Below, in pieces: positions 1 to 9,916 of a DNA stretch of 64,000 nucleotides. The first letter of the stretch is position 1; every line of letters begins with the position of its first letter. This stretch comes from Bacilli bacterium. GTDB taxonomy: Bacteria; Bacillota_I; Bacilli_A; RF39; UBA660. Both the position numbers and the translations under genes were made by a program. A model generated the notes under the pieces. It saw only the letters and a program-made list of their open reading frames with translations. It ran no database searches and was not told where the DNA came from. The stretch covers positions 14,479-78,478 of the forward strand of contig CAAGQJ010000031.1 in the NCBI GenBank assembly GCA_900772095.1, written 5' to 3'.

Positions 1-1366
1 TTTCTTTAGCTTGAATTTTTAAGCATTCAAATTCAGATAGGTTTTCTTTATCGGTTAATAATGAACAAGTTCCTTTATTTGAACTAAATGGCATGTGGGC
101 TGAATAGGTGATAATGTAAGACATAGATAAGCCTTCGTTATCAAATATTAATTTACTAAATGTTTCATTTTTTAAAAGTTCAGTATCTAACCAATATGAA
201 TTATCATTGTATTGTTTAATATCTTTTAAGCCGTAGTAATTATCATAACCGAAACTTTTGTAATTAATGCCTCGAGAATAAAATTCTTTTGTATTCATGT
301 GAAAAGCATTGACAGAATATCCTTCATTTTTAAGTAAGTGTGGTAGGGATGCAAAGTAGTTATTTCTGCTTAAAAGATAGGCTCCTTCATTATAGTTGTA
401 AGCAGTGGAGTATCCTGTATTAACCATAAATTCTGAATTGAAGGTAGAGCCTCCTCCTGAAGTGAATGAGTAATGGTTATTAAAGCTTAGTGATTTTTGT
501 TTTAGATTATATAAAGTAGGCATAATGTTTTTATTTACTAGAAAGTCATCAACGCTTTCAAGTTGTACAATTATTAGGTTTTTTCCTTTAAATATACCTG
601 TGTATTTATTTTTGGTACTTGGGGTATCTTCTTTGAAGTTGTTTTCAAGTAATGTTTTTTCTTCTTCGGTTACAGTTTTTTGGTCTTTAATAAAGTTTAC
701 ATATATATTTCTTAATGTATATTCATACATACCTGATATCATCATACTTTTATTATTATCATTAAATGAGTTATAGATAATACGGGGGTTACTCCAGTCA
801 TCCCATGAAACGGAACTTGATTTATTACCATATAGCATTGGAGCACTTAAGTTTAAAATTAAGAAACTTGCAATGACAATTCCGAGTTTTTTGAAGTTTG
901 TTTTACCGTTATTATTTAATCTTCTTAATCCATATATTGAAGAAGTAAGACTTATTATAGTGATTAAAATAATCCATGGTTTAATATTGGTTAAAATGGT
1001 ATCGAAATATTCCGCGCCTTCGCCAGCAATTTTAAGGGTACTGAAATCAAAGTATGTGTTAAAATATGAAAAGTATATAGAGTGTGTTAAAAATAGTGCT
1101 AAAGATATTATGTAACTGATAATATAAATAATTTTTCCTTTTTTTCCTTTTATAGTTTTAAGTAGACCTAATATTAAAAATATCCACATAATAGTAAAGT
1201 AATTAGGCATAAATCTATAGAATTTATAGAATTTTATAAATTTATAATAATACGCTCTAAGACTAAAGTCTAAAATAAATAGGGAAAATCCTAATATGAT
1301 AAATTCTTTGTTATATATAATATAATTTTTTATAATATTGAAATATTTAATTATTTTTTTTTTCAT
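1..1366 (-). CDS. LTA synthase (LtaS/sulfatase) family membrane protein; 3' end lies outside the window
   Basis: The minus-strand frame is open from ATG 1366-1364 (GAGGTG at 1374-1379) to the window edge. It is missing from the ORF track because it has no stop in the window. Hand translation gives MKKKIIKYFNIIKNY..., several N-terminal hydrophobic helices, then ..IIVQLESVDDF.. and ..FTSGGGSTFNSEFMVNTG.. (LtaS-type G-x-T-x-x-x-E-F Thr nucleophile context). Confidence 0.65.
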   Translation of the reverse strand, partial: MKKKIIKYFNIIKNYIIYNKEFIILGFSLFILDFSLRAYYYKFIKFYKFYRFMPNYFTIMWIFLILGLLKTIKGKKGKIIYIISYIISLALFLTHSIYFSYFNTYFDFSTLKIAGEGAEYFDTILTNIKPWIILITIISLTSSIYGLRRLNNNGKTNFKKLGIVIASFLILNLSAPMLYGNKSSSVSWDDWSNPRIIYNSFNDNNKSMMISGMYEYTLRNIYVNFIKDQKTVTEEEKTLLENNFKEDTPSTKNKYTGIFKGKNLIIVQLESVDDFLVNKNIMPTLYNLKQKSLSFNNHYSFTSGGGSTFNSEFMVNTGYSTAYNYNEGAYLLSRNNYFASLPHLLKNEGYSVNAFHMNTKEFYSRGINYKSFGYDNYYGLKDIKQYNDNSYWLDTELLKNETFSKLIFDNEGLSMSYIITYSAHMPFSSNKGTCSLLTDKENLSEFECLKIQAKE

Positions 1367-1505
1367 TACTACACACCTCAAATTTAATACTTGCTAATAA
1401 ATTATAACATATTTTCTTTATCTATGTAAAATAATTAAGTAAAGTTTACATATTAAAACATTGTATAAAATTTTAATATTTTGTATAATGATGGTGGTGG
1501 TTGTT

Positions 1506-4337
1506 ATGAAAAAAAGATATATATATTCATTTTTAATACCTATTGCTATAGTTTTAATATCATTTTTAATATTAGGTATGTATCCATTTAAAGATAGGAG
1601 TATTATTTTAATTGATTCTAATACTCAGTATGTTGATTTTATTATATATTTTAGGAGTATTCTTTTGGGATTAAATAATTTTAAGTATACTTTTAGTAGT
1701 ACTTTAGGACAAAATTTTATACCACTTTTGGGTTATTATTTAATGAGTCCTTTGAATTTGTTATCTATATTTTTTAAACCTTCTAATATGAAGTTATTTA
1801 TGACTATTATTATATTAATAAAAATAGGTTTATGTGGTTTAACTATGGAAGTATATTTAAGTAAAACATATAAAAAAGTAAATATTTTGTTTTCTATTTG
1901 TTATGCTTTAATGATGTATAATATAGTTTATATGTATCATTTGATGTGGTTGGATTCTATTATTTTGTTTCCGCTTGTGATACTTGGAATAGATAATATT
2001 TTTAATAAAAAAAGTCCATTGTTATATATTGTATCTTTATCTTTATCAATAATATTTAATTATTATATTGGATTTATAATATGTATATCTTCAGTAATTT
2101 ATTTTGTATATAAGTATTTTTTAAATAGGAATAGTATTAATAAGTTTAAAGTATTTTTAGAGTATATGATATCTTCAGTTTTAGGTGGCATGATTTCTAT
2201 GTTTATATTACTTCCTTCATTACTTGGTTTGGAGGGAGGAAAGGCAACACTTTCATTATTTAATTTAACTTTTGATATAAATATATCGATATTTAAAGTT
2301 ATTGCTAAAATGTTTACAGCATCAACTGGGGCATATGAAACATGGCATGGAGGCCCAATGATAGGATGTTCTATGTTGGTATTGGTGTTAGTTATATTAT
2401 ATTTTTTAAATAATAAAGTAAATAAAAAAGAAAAGTTGTTTGATGGGTTATTAGTTTTAGTATTTGTACTTTCTTTTGTATTTAAAGATTTTGATACTTT
2501 ATTTCATGGTTTTAATACTCCAAATTGTTTTGATTTTAGGCATGCTTTTGTACTTGTTTTCTTTCTTATTAATATTGCTATAAAATCATATATAAATTTA
2601 GATAATAAGAATTATAAGAAGGGTTTATTTATTTTATTTATTGTTAGTTTATTAGTGTATTTATGTCATTTTAGGTTTAATGTTTCTACTTATAATTTGA
2701 CTATTTTAATTAGTTTATTTCTTGGAGTAGTATATATTGTTTTATTATCGAAGAATAAAAAGTTTATATTTTATGTTTTACTTATAGATTTATTGTTAAA
2801 TACTGTATCTGGTATTTTAACTGATACTATGGCAGATAAGCAGTTTAATTCTTCTTTTACAAAGTATGTAGAAGAAGTAAGTGAAGTAGTAAGTTCTATA
2901 GAGGATAATTCTTTTTATAGGATGGAAAAAACTTTTGATAGGGAAACTAATAAGAGTTTTTTAGCTATTAATGATTCAATGATATTTAATTATAATGGTA
3001 TAAGTCATTTTGATTCTACTAGTCATGAGGATGTAGAAGTATTAATGGAACAACTTGGTATGAGAAGGTTACTTACAAGGGCTTATTATAATGAAAAAGG
3101 TAGTACTTATTTTGTTGATGCAATGCTTGGAATAAAATATGTTTTATCTAATGATATTTATAAAAATTATAAATTTATAAATAAAGTAAATGATATAAGC
3201 ATATATGAAAATCCTTATTATTTACCGCTTAGTTATGTTATAAGTAGTGATGATATTGTATTAACTAAGAATCCTTTTGTTAATCAAAATAATATTGCTA
3301 AGAGTTTTACTTCTTTATCTTTAGATATATATAATAAAGCAAATTATAATTATGTTGATAATGAATATGTAGTTAATATAACTAGTACAGATGAATTATA
3401 TTTTTATGCTGAACTTTATAATAGTTTAGATACTAATTATGGTAATGCTAAAATATATGTTAATGATAATTATTTATGTGATTATTTTACTAAGTATGAT
3501 AGTGGTGTTATATCTTTAGGTAAATATAATATAGGGGATATAGTTAGGATAAGAATAGATTTTGAAAATGAAATAGAGTATGGTGATATTGATATTTATT
3601 ATGAAGATATGGATGTATTAGAAAAGCATCTTAGTATTTTAAGGGAAAGTGATTTGGAAGTAGTTAGAAAGAGTTCATCAAATATAGTTATTAAGGGTGA
3701 TTTTAAGGATAATTCTAAAGTGTTTATTACAATTCCTTATGATAAGGGGTTTAGTGTTAAAGTAGATGGTAAGAGTGTTTCTTTTGATAATTCTATATCT
3801 TTGATGAGTGTTGATGTTCCTAGTGGTGAACACGTAATAGAGCTTGATTTTACTCCTAGGGGTTTGAAAATTGGTGTATATCTTAGTATTTTATCAGTAA
3901 TATTTACTATTGTTTATTTAGTTTTAAGGGAAAAATTATGGAATTTGTATTTAAAGTATCAAGAGTTATGTAATTATTGTATAGTTGGAGCATTAACTAC
4001 TTTAGTTAGTTTAGTATCATATTTTATACTTTCGAGAATATTTGATATTAGTAATAATTTTTATTTTATATTATCTAATACGATTTCATGGATATTATCT
4101 GTGGCGTTTGCATATATTACAAATAAAAAATATGTATTTAATTCTGATGCTAAGGGGATAAAAGAGGTTATTAAGTTTGTATCTTCTAGAATTGCTACAT
4201 ATTTAATAGATTTGTTTTTGATGTTTATTTTTGTAAAGGTTATTTTAATTAATAATGATATTTCGAAATTAATTGTTCAAGTTGTAGTTTTTGTTTTAAA
4301 TTATATATTTAGTAAATTACTTGTATTTAAAAAATAG
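1506..4337 (+). CDS. YfhO-family GT-C glycosyltransferase fused to a C-terminal GtrA-like module
   Basis: ORF 1461-4337. The likely start is ATG 1506 (MKKRYIYSF, GGTGGTGG upstream). It has many TM helices and a large extracytoplasmic region, as in YfhO proteins. The last ~130 aa are GtrA-like. Confidence 0.7.
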   Translation: MKKRYIYSFLIPIAIVLISFLILGMYPFKDRSIILIDSNTQYVDFIIYFRSILLGLNNFKYTFSSTLGQNFIPLLGYYLMSPLNLLSIFFKPSNMKLFMTIIILIKIGLCGLTMEVYLSKTYKKVNILFSICYALMMYNIVYMYHLMWLDSIILFPLVILGIDNIFNKKSPLLYIVSLSLSIIFNYYIGFIICISSVIYFVYKYFLNRNSINKFKVFLEYMISSVLGGMISMFILLPSLLGLEGGKATLSLFNLTFDINISIFKVIAKMFTASTGAYETWHGGPMIGCSMLVLVLVILYFLNNKVNKKEKLFDGLLVLVFVLSFVFKDFDTLFHGFNTPNCFDFRHAFVLVFFLINIAIKSYINLDNKNYKKGLFILFIVSLLVYLCHFRFNVSTYNLTILISLFLGVVYIVLLSKNKKFIFYVLLIDLLLNTVSGILTDTMADKQFNSSFTKYVEEVSEVVSSIEDNSFYRMEKTFDRETNKSFLAINDSMIFNYNGISHFDSTSHEDVEVLMEQLGMRRLLTRAYYNEKGSTYFVDAMLGIKYVLSNDIYKNYKFINKVNDISIYENPYYLPLSYVISSDDIVLTKNPFVNQNNIAKSFTSLSLDIYNKANYNYVDNEYVVNITSTDELYFYAELYNSLDTNYGNAKIYVNDNYLCDYFTKYDSGVISLGKYNIGDIVRIRIDFENEIEYGDIDIYYEDMDVLEKHLSILRESDLEVVRKSSSNIVIKGDFKDNSKVFITIPYDKGFSVKVDGKSVSFDNSISLMSVDVPSGEHVIELDFTPRGLKIGVYLSILSVIFTIVYLVLREKLWNLYLKYQELCNYCIVGALTTLVSLVSYFILSRIFDISNNFYFILSNTISWILSVAFAYITNKKYVFNSDAKGIKEVIKFVSSRIATYLIDLFLMFIFVKVILINNDISKLIVQVVVFVLNYIFSKLLVFKK
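3945..4334 (+). other. GtrA-like four-helix module in frame with YfhO
   Basis: YCIVGALTTLVSLVSYF..NTISWILSVAFAYITNKKYVFNS..SRIATYLIDLFLMFIFV..FVLNYIFSKLLVFKK. No stop codon separates it from the YfhO part. Confidence 0.6.
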
Positions 4338-4343
4338 CTTGCG

Positions 4344-5279
4344 CTATTTTTTTTCTATATTTGTTTCTTTTATAATGTAAATTGGTCTTTTCTTTGTTTC
4401 TAAGTAGGCTTTTGCTAGATATTCTCCCATAATGCCTAAACAAAATAATTGAACGCCACTTACAAAGAAGATAATGCATGCTAGGCTTGGCCAACCATTT
4501 ACTGGGTCTCCGAAGCATAGTGTTTTGATTATAATTACTATTATCATTATAAAGGCAATTAAACAAAATATTATACCGATAAGTGCTGCGATAGTAAGTG
4601 GGGTAGTAGTGAATGAAACAATTCCTTCAATTGCGTAAATAAATAGTTTCCAAAATGACCATTTTGTTGTTCCAGCGACACGATTTATGTTTTCATATTC
4701 TAACCATTTTGTTTTATAACCGACAAAACTAAATAATCCTTTTGAATAACGATTATATTCTTTAAGTTCAAGTATTGAATTTACCATTTGTCTAGTCATT
4801 AATCTAAAATCTCTAGCGCCATCAACCATTTCAACTTTTGACATTTTATTAATTATTTTATAAAACATTCTTGCAAAGAAACTTCTAATAGGGGGCTCTC
4901 CTTTGCGTGTTACTCTTCTAGTGCCGACGCAGTCAAAACCTTCTTCTTTAATTAATCTAATCATTTCAGGAATAAGAGCAGGTGGGTCTTGTAAATCAGC
5001 ATCCATAATTGTAATATAATCACCGCTTGATAGTTCAAGACCTGCTAGCATTGCAGATTCTTTTCCAAAGTTTCTAGATAAATTAATATATTTAATATTT
5101 TTATCTTTTTTACTTAAATCTTTTATAATTTCTATAGTTTTATCTTTTGAGCCATCGTTTACAAAAATGATTTCAAAATTATATTTCATTTCTTTAATAA
5201 TTTTATTTATTTCATTATAGAAATATGGTATTGCTTCTTCTTCATTATAACATGGTACAATAATACTTATTTTTTCCAT
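4344..5279 (-). CDS. GT2 polyprenyl-phosphate glycosyltransferase (CsbB/GtrB-like)
   Basis: ISIIVPCYNEEEAI, FVNDGSKD, DADLQDPP, and two C-terminal TM helices. The start is moved to ATG 5279 (GGAGG at 5285-5289). Confidence 0.8.
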   Translation of the reverse strand: MEKISIIVPCYNEEEAIPYFYNEINKIIKEMKYNFEIIFVNDGSKDKTIEIIKDLSKKDKNIKYINLSRNFGKESAMLAGLELSSGDYITIMDADLQDPPALIPEMIRLIKEEGFDCVGTRRVTRKGEPPIRSFFARMFYKIINKMSKVEMVDGARDFRLMTRQMVNSILELKEYNRYSKGLFSFVGYKTKWLEYENINRVAGTTKWSFWKLFIYAIEGIVSFTTTPLTIAALIGIIFCLIAFIMIIVIIIKTLCFGDPVNGWPSLACIIFFVSGVQLFCLGIMGEYLAKAYLETKKRPIYIIKETNIEKK

Positions 5280-5334
5280 TTTTACCTCCATTAACTACCT
5301 ATATTATATAGTTTATATAATTAAAATTCAAGTA

Positions 5335-5697
5335 CTATAAGCCTTCAATAATATCTAAAGTGTCTAGTTCAGGGTTTTTAATTCTGAAATATATTAAGCA
5401 AAATAATCCAATTACTACTAAAATGCTTCCGATTAATCTAGTTTCATATATAGAGGTTTTGTGGTTTTGATATTCTTTATAGTTTAAATAAACAAAGTAT
5501 ATGTAAATAATTATTGTTATAGACAAAGTAAAAATAACAATTTTATTAGCATTTTTTAAATTGTTTACGTTTTTAGTTAAAAGGTATTCTTTTTCTAATT
5601 CATCAGCATATAAGTTTATAATATTTATAATTATAAATATTGCAATTATTGTTTCATCAATTAATATACTGTTAAATCTTTCTTTGTTATTGTTCAT
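5335..5697 (-). CDS. small integral membrane protein, function unknown
   Basis: 120-aa ORF with three or four hydrophobic helices. I recognise no motif. Confidence 0.4.
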   Translation of the reverse strand: MNNNKERFNSILIDETIIAIFIIINIINLYADELEKEYLLTKNVNNLKNANKIVIFTLSITIIIYIYFVYLNYKEYQNHKTSIYETRLIGSILVVIGLFCLIYFRIKNPELDTLDIIEGL

Positions 5698-5812
5698 ATT
5701 AAATTTTATGCCTTATATTTGAAAAATAATAAGTTAAAACTTTTATATTTTTCTTTTTTAATTTTTCTTGTATTTTGTCATATTATGTAGTATATTATGC
5801 GTAGGTGATTAG

Positions 5813-6238
5813 ATGATATATGATTGGATATTTTTATGTATAATTTTAATAATAATTGAGTTTGTTACTGTTAATTTAGTTACTATTTGGTTTGCTATTG
5901 GTTCTCTTTTTGGAGCGTTTACTAGTTTGTTTACTGATAATATTACTATTCAAATATGTGCATTTTTAGGAGTTAGTATATTAACTTTAATATTTACTAG
6001 ACCACTTGCTAAAAAGTATTTAATGCCTAAAATTACTAAAACAAATTATGACAAGGTGATTGGTATGATTGGAGTAGTAACTAAGGATATAAGTACTTTA
6101 GATTATGGAGAGGTAAAGGTTGATGGTAAGTATTGGACTGCTGTTTCAGATACTGATATTAAGAAAGGTAGTAAAGTAGAAATACTTTCTATAGATGGTG
6201 TAAAATTAGTTGTAAAAATGAGAAAGGAGAATGACTAA
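5813..6238 (+). CDS. NfeD-family membrane protein
   Basis: N-terminal TM helices plus a C-terminal OB-like segment (GEVKVDGKYWTAVSD..GSKVEILSIDGVKLVV). Its stop overlaps the start of the SPFH gene, the classic NfeD-SPFH pairing. Confidence 0.7.
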   Translation: MIYDWIFLCIILIIIEFVTVNLVTIWFAIGSLFGAFTSLFTDNITIQICAFLGVSILTLIFTRPLAKKYLMPKITKTNYDKVIGMIGVVTKDISTLDYGEVKVDGKYWTAVSDTDIKKGSKVEILSIDGVKLVVKMRKEND

Positions 6239-7116
6239 TGTTATATTTATTAATTGTAATTGTAATTATTGCAATAACTGGTATTAAAATAATACCTCAA
6301 TCAAAGGCTTATGTAATTGAAAGACTTGGTGCGTATAATAAGACGCTTCATACTGGATTAAATTATGTAATTCCAATTATTGAGAGAATATCGAATAAGG
6401 TAAGTTTGAAGGAAATTGTTAAGGATTTTGACCCACAACCAGTAATTACTAAGGATAATGTTACTATGCAAATTGATACAGTAGTATATTTTCAAATAAC
6501 AGACCCAAAGTTATATACATATGGGGTTGAAAATCCAATAAGTGCGATTGAAAATTTAACTGCGACAACTTTACGTAATATTATCGGGGAACTTGAACTT
6601 GATGAAACACTTACTTCTCGTGATATTATTAATTCTAAGATGCGTTTAATTCTTGATGAAGCCACAGATCCATGGGGAATAAAGGTTACTCGTGTTGAAG
6701 TAAAAAATATTTTGCCTCCAAAAGATATTCAAGAAGCAATGGAAAAACAAATGCGTGCAGAGCGTGAGAGAAGAGAAGCAATTTTACGTGCTGAAGGTGA
6801 AAAGAAAGCTGCGATTTTAACTGCTGAGGGTGAAAAAGAAAGTATGATACTTCGTGCTGAAGCTAGAAAAGAGGCTCAGGTTAAAGAGGCAGAAGGTGAG
6901 GCAGAAGCAATAATCAAATTAAAAGAGGCAGAAGCTCAAGGATTAAAATTGATAAAAGAAGTTAAAGCGGATGAAGCGGTTTTAAGATTAAAAAGTTATG
7001 AAGCTTTTATTAAAGTTGCAGATGGACAATCTACTAAAATAATTGTTCCATCAGAGTTACAAAATTTAGCAACTTTTGCTACTACAGTAAATGAATTAAC
7101 TAAGAAAGATAAATAA
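6238..7116 (+). CDS. SPFH/band-7 (stomatin/slipin-like) protein
   Basis: N-terminal TM, an SPFH core (VITKDNVTMQIDTVVYFQITDP, TRVEVKNILPP) and an Ala/Glu-rich coiled-coil tail. Confidence 0.85.
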   Translation: MLYLLIVIVIIAITGIKIIPQSKAYVIERLGAYNKTLHTGLNYVIPIIERISNKVSLKEIVKDFDPQPVITKDNVTMQIDTVVYFQITDPKLYTYGVENPISAIENLTATTLRNIIGELELDETLTSRDIINSKMRLILDEATDPWGIKVTRVEVKNILPPKDIQEAMEKQMRAERERREAILRAEGEKKAAILTAEGEKESMILRAEARKEAQVKEAEGEAEAIIKLKEAEAQGLKLIKEVKADEAVLRLKSYEAFIKVADGQSTKIIVPSELQNLATFATTVNELTKKDK

Positions 7117-7133
7117 GATTATAATGATGATAT

Positions 7134-7169
7134 AAACCTCGTTTTTTGGGTAAAAATGCGAGGTTTTTG
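7134..7169 (+). terminator. rho-independent terminator after the SPFH gene
   Basis: AAACCTCG (7134-7141) pairs with CGAGGTTT (7159-7166) and is followed by a T run. Confidence 0.6.
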
Positions 7170-7217
7170 TGTGAATAAAATGGAAAAAGTTACATAAAAT
7201 AAAAATGTAGAAAAAAA

Positions 7218-7244
7218 TTAGCACTTTCTATTGACAAGTGCTAA
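7218..7244. promoter_or_regulatory. CIRCE (HrcA operator) inverted repeat
   Basis: TTAGCACTT-N9-AAGTGCTAA against the consensus TTAGCACTC-N9-GAGTGCTAA. The two arms are perfectly complementary. Confidence 0.75.
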
Positions 7245-7258
7245 AATAGTGGTATAAT
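7231..7258 (+). promoter_or_regulatory. sigma-A-type promoter of hsp20, overlapping CIRCE
   Basis: TTGACA 7231-7236, a 16-nt spacer, then TATAAT 7253-7258. Confidence 0.6.
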
Positions 7259-7282
7259 TATAATTGTTAGGAGGAATGAATT

Positions 7283-7669
7283 ATGAATTTAATACCTAGT
7301 AGAAAATTCTTTTTAGATGATTTCTTTGATGATTTGGAACCAGTAAGAAATAACATGAAATGTGATATTTATGAAAAGGATGACAAATACTTTATTGAAA
7401 TGGATATTCCTGGATTTGATAAAAAGGATATTAACATCAATCTTGATAATGGATATTTAACAGTATCTGCTTCTCATGAAGAAAGTATTGATGATGAAGG
7501 AAAGAATTATATAAGAAAAGAAAGAAGTTCTTATAAAAATTCTCGTGAATTCTATCTTGGTGATGTAGATGAACAAAATATTGAGGCAGAATTTAATAAT
7601 GGTATTTTAAAAATTGTTGTTCCAAAAAAAGAAGAAATTGATACTAAAAAGAAAATAGAAATTAAATAA
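7283..7669 (+). CDS. Hsp20/alpha-crystallin small heat-shock protein
   Basis: Alpha-crystallin domain pattern: DIYEKDDKYFIEMDIPGFDKKDININLDNGYLTVSA..REFYLG..FNNGILKIVVPK. RBS AGGAGG. Confidence 0.85.
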   Translation: MNLIPSRKFFLDDFFDDLEPVRNNMKCDIYEKDDKYFIEMDIPGFDKKDININLDNGYLTVSASHEESIDDEGKNYIRKERSSYKNSREFYLGDVDEQNIEAEFNNGILKIVVPKKEEIDTKKKIEIK

Positions 7670-7671
7670 GA

Positions 7672-7698
7672 AGGTAGGAAAAAATTCCTACTTTTTTT
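7672..7698 (+). terminator. rho-independent terminator after hsp20
   Basis: GGTAGGA / TCCTAC hairpin followed by T7. Confidence 0.65.
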
Positions 7699-7826
7699 AT
7701 GAAAATAACTATGCAAAATATCTAATTTATAGTACAATTATTAGTATAGTATTTTAAAAAATAAATAAAAAGTATTTAATAATTATAAAGAATGTGTTAG
7801 AATAACTATTGCTTAGGAGAAGTATT

Positions 7827-8519
7827 ATGGAAGAGTTTATAAATAGTTTTGGACGCAACAACTTAATTATTGTTGTCGCAGTAATTTTTGCAATTGTTTT
7901 ATCACTTGTAGTGATAGTTTTAATAGAAAAAATAAAGACAAGGAAAAGTGAAGTAATAGAGTATTATGAAGAGGAAGAACCTAAAAAAGAAAATATAGTG
8001 TATGCAACTTCTCAGACAAAGGAAGATGCTAAAAAGACGCTTGAGGATATTACTAAAAAGTTGGTAGAGCAAGAAGAAAATCCTAATTTAATAGGAAAAA
8101 CAACTTTTGAAATAGAACAAGAGGAGCGTTCTGTTATAAGCTATGACGAACTTTTAAAAGCAAGTCATGATATAGATGAAACAAATGATGCGTTATTAAA
8201 AGATGAAGGAACAGAACCAATTACTATTGAAGAGTTATATAAAAAGCATTTGGAAGAAACAGAAAAGGAAACTTTGGATAATCCTATTTTTGTATCAGAA
8301 GTAAAGGAACTACCGAAAGAGGCAACTGTTTCTGAACCAAAGAAATTTAAAAATTCAGAAATTATTTCTCCAGTATTTGGTATCTATAATGCTAAAAAGA
8401 GTAAACAAAATGAGGAATATTTAGAAAAAACAATGGATTTAGAAGACTTGGAAATGGAGATTAAGAAGACAGAAGAGTTTTTAAATGAGTTAAAGGATTT
8501 AAAAAATAAGTTAAATTAG
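7827..8519 (+). CDS. N-terminally membrane-anchored, Glu/Lys-rich protein, function unknown
   Basis: ATG 7827 (TAGGAGAAG RBS). One TM helix (LIIVVAVIFAIVLSLVVIVLI), then a long charged, low-complexity region. Confidence 0.45.
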   Translation: MEEFINSFGRNNLIIVVAVIFAIVLSLVVIVLIEKIKTRKSEVIEYYEEEEPKKENIVYATSQTKEDAKKTLEDITKKLVEQEENPNLIGKTTFEIEQEERSVISYDELLKASHDIDETNDALLKDEGTEPITIEELYKKHLEETEKETLDNPIFVSEVKELPKEATVSEPKKFKNSEIISPVFGIYNAKKSKQNEEYLEKTMDLEDLEMEIKKTEEFLNELKDLKNKLN

Positions 8520-8627
8520 TAGAAGGTACTCTTGAAAGGAGTATTTTTTGTTTTAATGATGACGCTAGATGAGTCTTTATTTTTTAGGTAGTTTATGTTA
8601 AAATAAGTGATAAGAAAGAGGTAGTTT

Positions 8628-9881
8628 ATGAAAGTAGGAATATATACATTAGGTTGTAAAGTAAATACATATGAAAGTGAATATATAATGGGTCTTTTTA
8701 AGGAAAAGGGTTATATTATATGTGACCCAGAGGAAGATTGTGATGTTTATGTAATTAATACTTGTACTGTGACTAATAATAGTGATAAGAAGGATAAGAA
8801 AATAATTAATCATGTAAAGAATAGGAATAAGGATGCTATTATAGTGGTATGTGGATGTTTTGTAGAAAGTAATAAAGATTATAATTTTGATGGGGTTGAT
8901 ATAGTAATTGGTAATTATAATAAGAGTAAAATTGTAGATTTAGTAGAAGAATATAGATTAAATAAGAATAAAATATTTTTAAGAGAAAATATGATGAGTG
9001 TTCCATTTGAGGATATGATGATAACTTCATTTCCTAATAGGACACGTGCTTTTGTAAAAATTCAAGATGGTTGTGAAAATTATTGTAGTTATTGTGTTAT
9101 TCCTTTTGTTAGAGGTAGATGTCGTTCTAAAGAGATGTCTAAGGTTTTAGAAGAAATAAAACATTTAACAGATAATGGTTATAAAGAAATAGTATTAACG
9201 GGTATTCATACTGGTAGTTATGGGGTGGATTTAGGAATAAAGTTTTCGCATTTACTTAAAGAAATACTAAAGAATAAAGATTTAAAGCATTTAAGAATAT
9301 CTTCTATTGAGATAACTGAACTTGATGATGACTTTTTTAAATTATTAGAAAATGATGTATTGTGTAATCATTTACATATACCTTTACAAAGTGGTAGTAA
9401 GAATATATTAAAAGCTATGAATAGAAAGTATACAAAAGAAGAGTTTTTACAAATGGTAAATAAAATAAGAAGTATTAGACCTGATATATCTCTTACTACT
9501 GATTTAATTGTTGGTTTTCCGGGGGAAACTGATGATGATTTTAAGGAAACAATGGAATTCTTAAGGGTTTTAAATTTTTCTAAAATTCATGTATTTCCAT
9601 ATTCTAAACGAAATGGTACTAAAGCTGCAAGAATGGATAATCAAATAGATGATGCTACAAAAAAGGAAAGAGTAAAACAAGTATTAGAGTTAAGTTCTAT
9701 AGGAGAGAAAGAGTATTTTAATAAATTTATTGATAAGGATGTAGAAGTATTAATTGAAAAGTATGAAGATGGTTATTCTTATGGACATACATCAAATTAT
9801 CTTTATTTAAAAATAAATGAAAAACTAGAACATAATAAGACTTATATTGTAAAAGTAAAGCAAGAAATGTTTACAAAATGA
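8628..9881 (+). CDS. mtaB: tRNA t6A37 methylthiotransferase MtaB (radical SAM MiaB-like)
   Basis: MKVGIYTLGCKVNTYESE (UPF0004 N-domain), radical-SAM CENYCSYC, a C-terminal TRAM-like end, and a length of 417 aa. Confidence 0.75.
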   Translation: MKVGIYTLGCKVNTYESEYIMGLFKEKGYIICDPEEDCDVYVINTCTVTNNSDKKDKKIINHVKNRNKDAIIVVCGCFVESNKDYNFDGVDIVIGNYNKSKIVDLVEEYRLNKNKIFLRENMMSVPFEDMMITSFPNRTRAFVKIQDGCENYCSYCVIPFVRGRCRSKEMSKVLEEIKHLTDNGYKEIVLTGIHTGSYGVDLGIKFSHLLKEILKNKDLKHLRISSIEITELDDDFFKLLENDVLCNHLHIPLQSGSKNILKAMNRKYTKEEFLQMVNKIRSIRPDISLTTDLIVGFPGETDDDFKETMEFLRVLNFSKIHVFPYSKRNGTKAARMDNQIDDATKKERVKQVLELSSIGEKEYFNKFIDKDVEVLIEKYEDGYSYGHTSNYLYLKINEKLEHNKTYIVKVKQEMFTK

Positions 9882-9916
9882 TTTATATTTGATATATTTA
9901 TAGTAGAGGTGGGGAA

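Noticed and set aside
525-1115. Plus-strand ORFs 525-776 and 873-1115 from the track.
   Set aside because: They lie antisense to a continuous, motif-bearing minus-strand LtaS-family frame (1-1366). They have no RBS, and their Leu/Phe/Ser-rich composition is typical of shadow frames in AT-rich DNA.
9879-9881. A suspicion of Mollicutes-type genetic code 4 (TGA = Trp), prompted by the extreme AT content.
   Set aside because: TGA terminates well-defined genes at family-typical lengths (mtaB at 9879-9881, 10508-10510, 54532-54534). Trp is encoded by TGG throughout conserved motifs. Cell-wall genes (ddl, the GH73 hydrolase, the LtaS-like gene) are also present.
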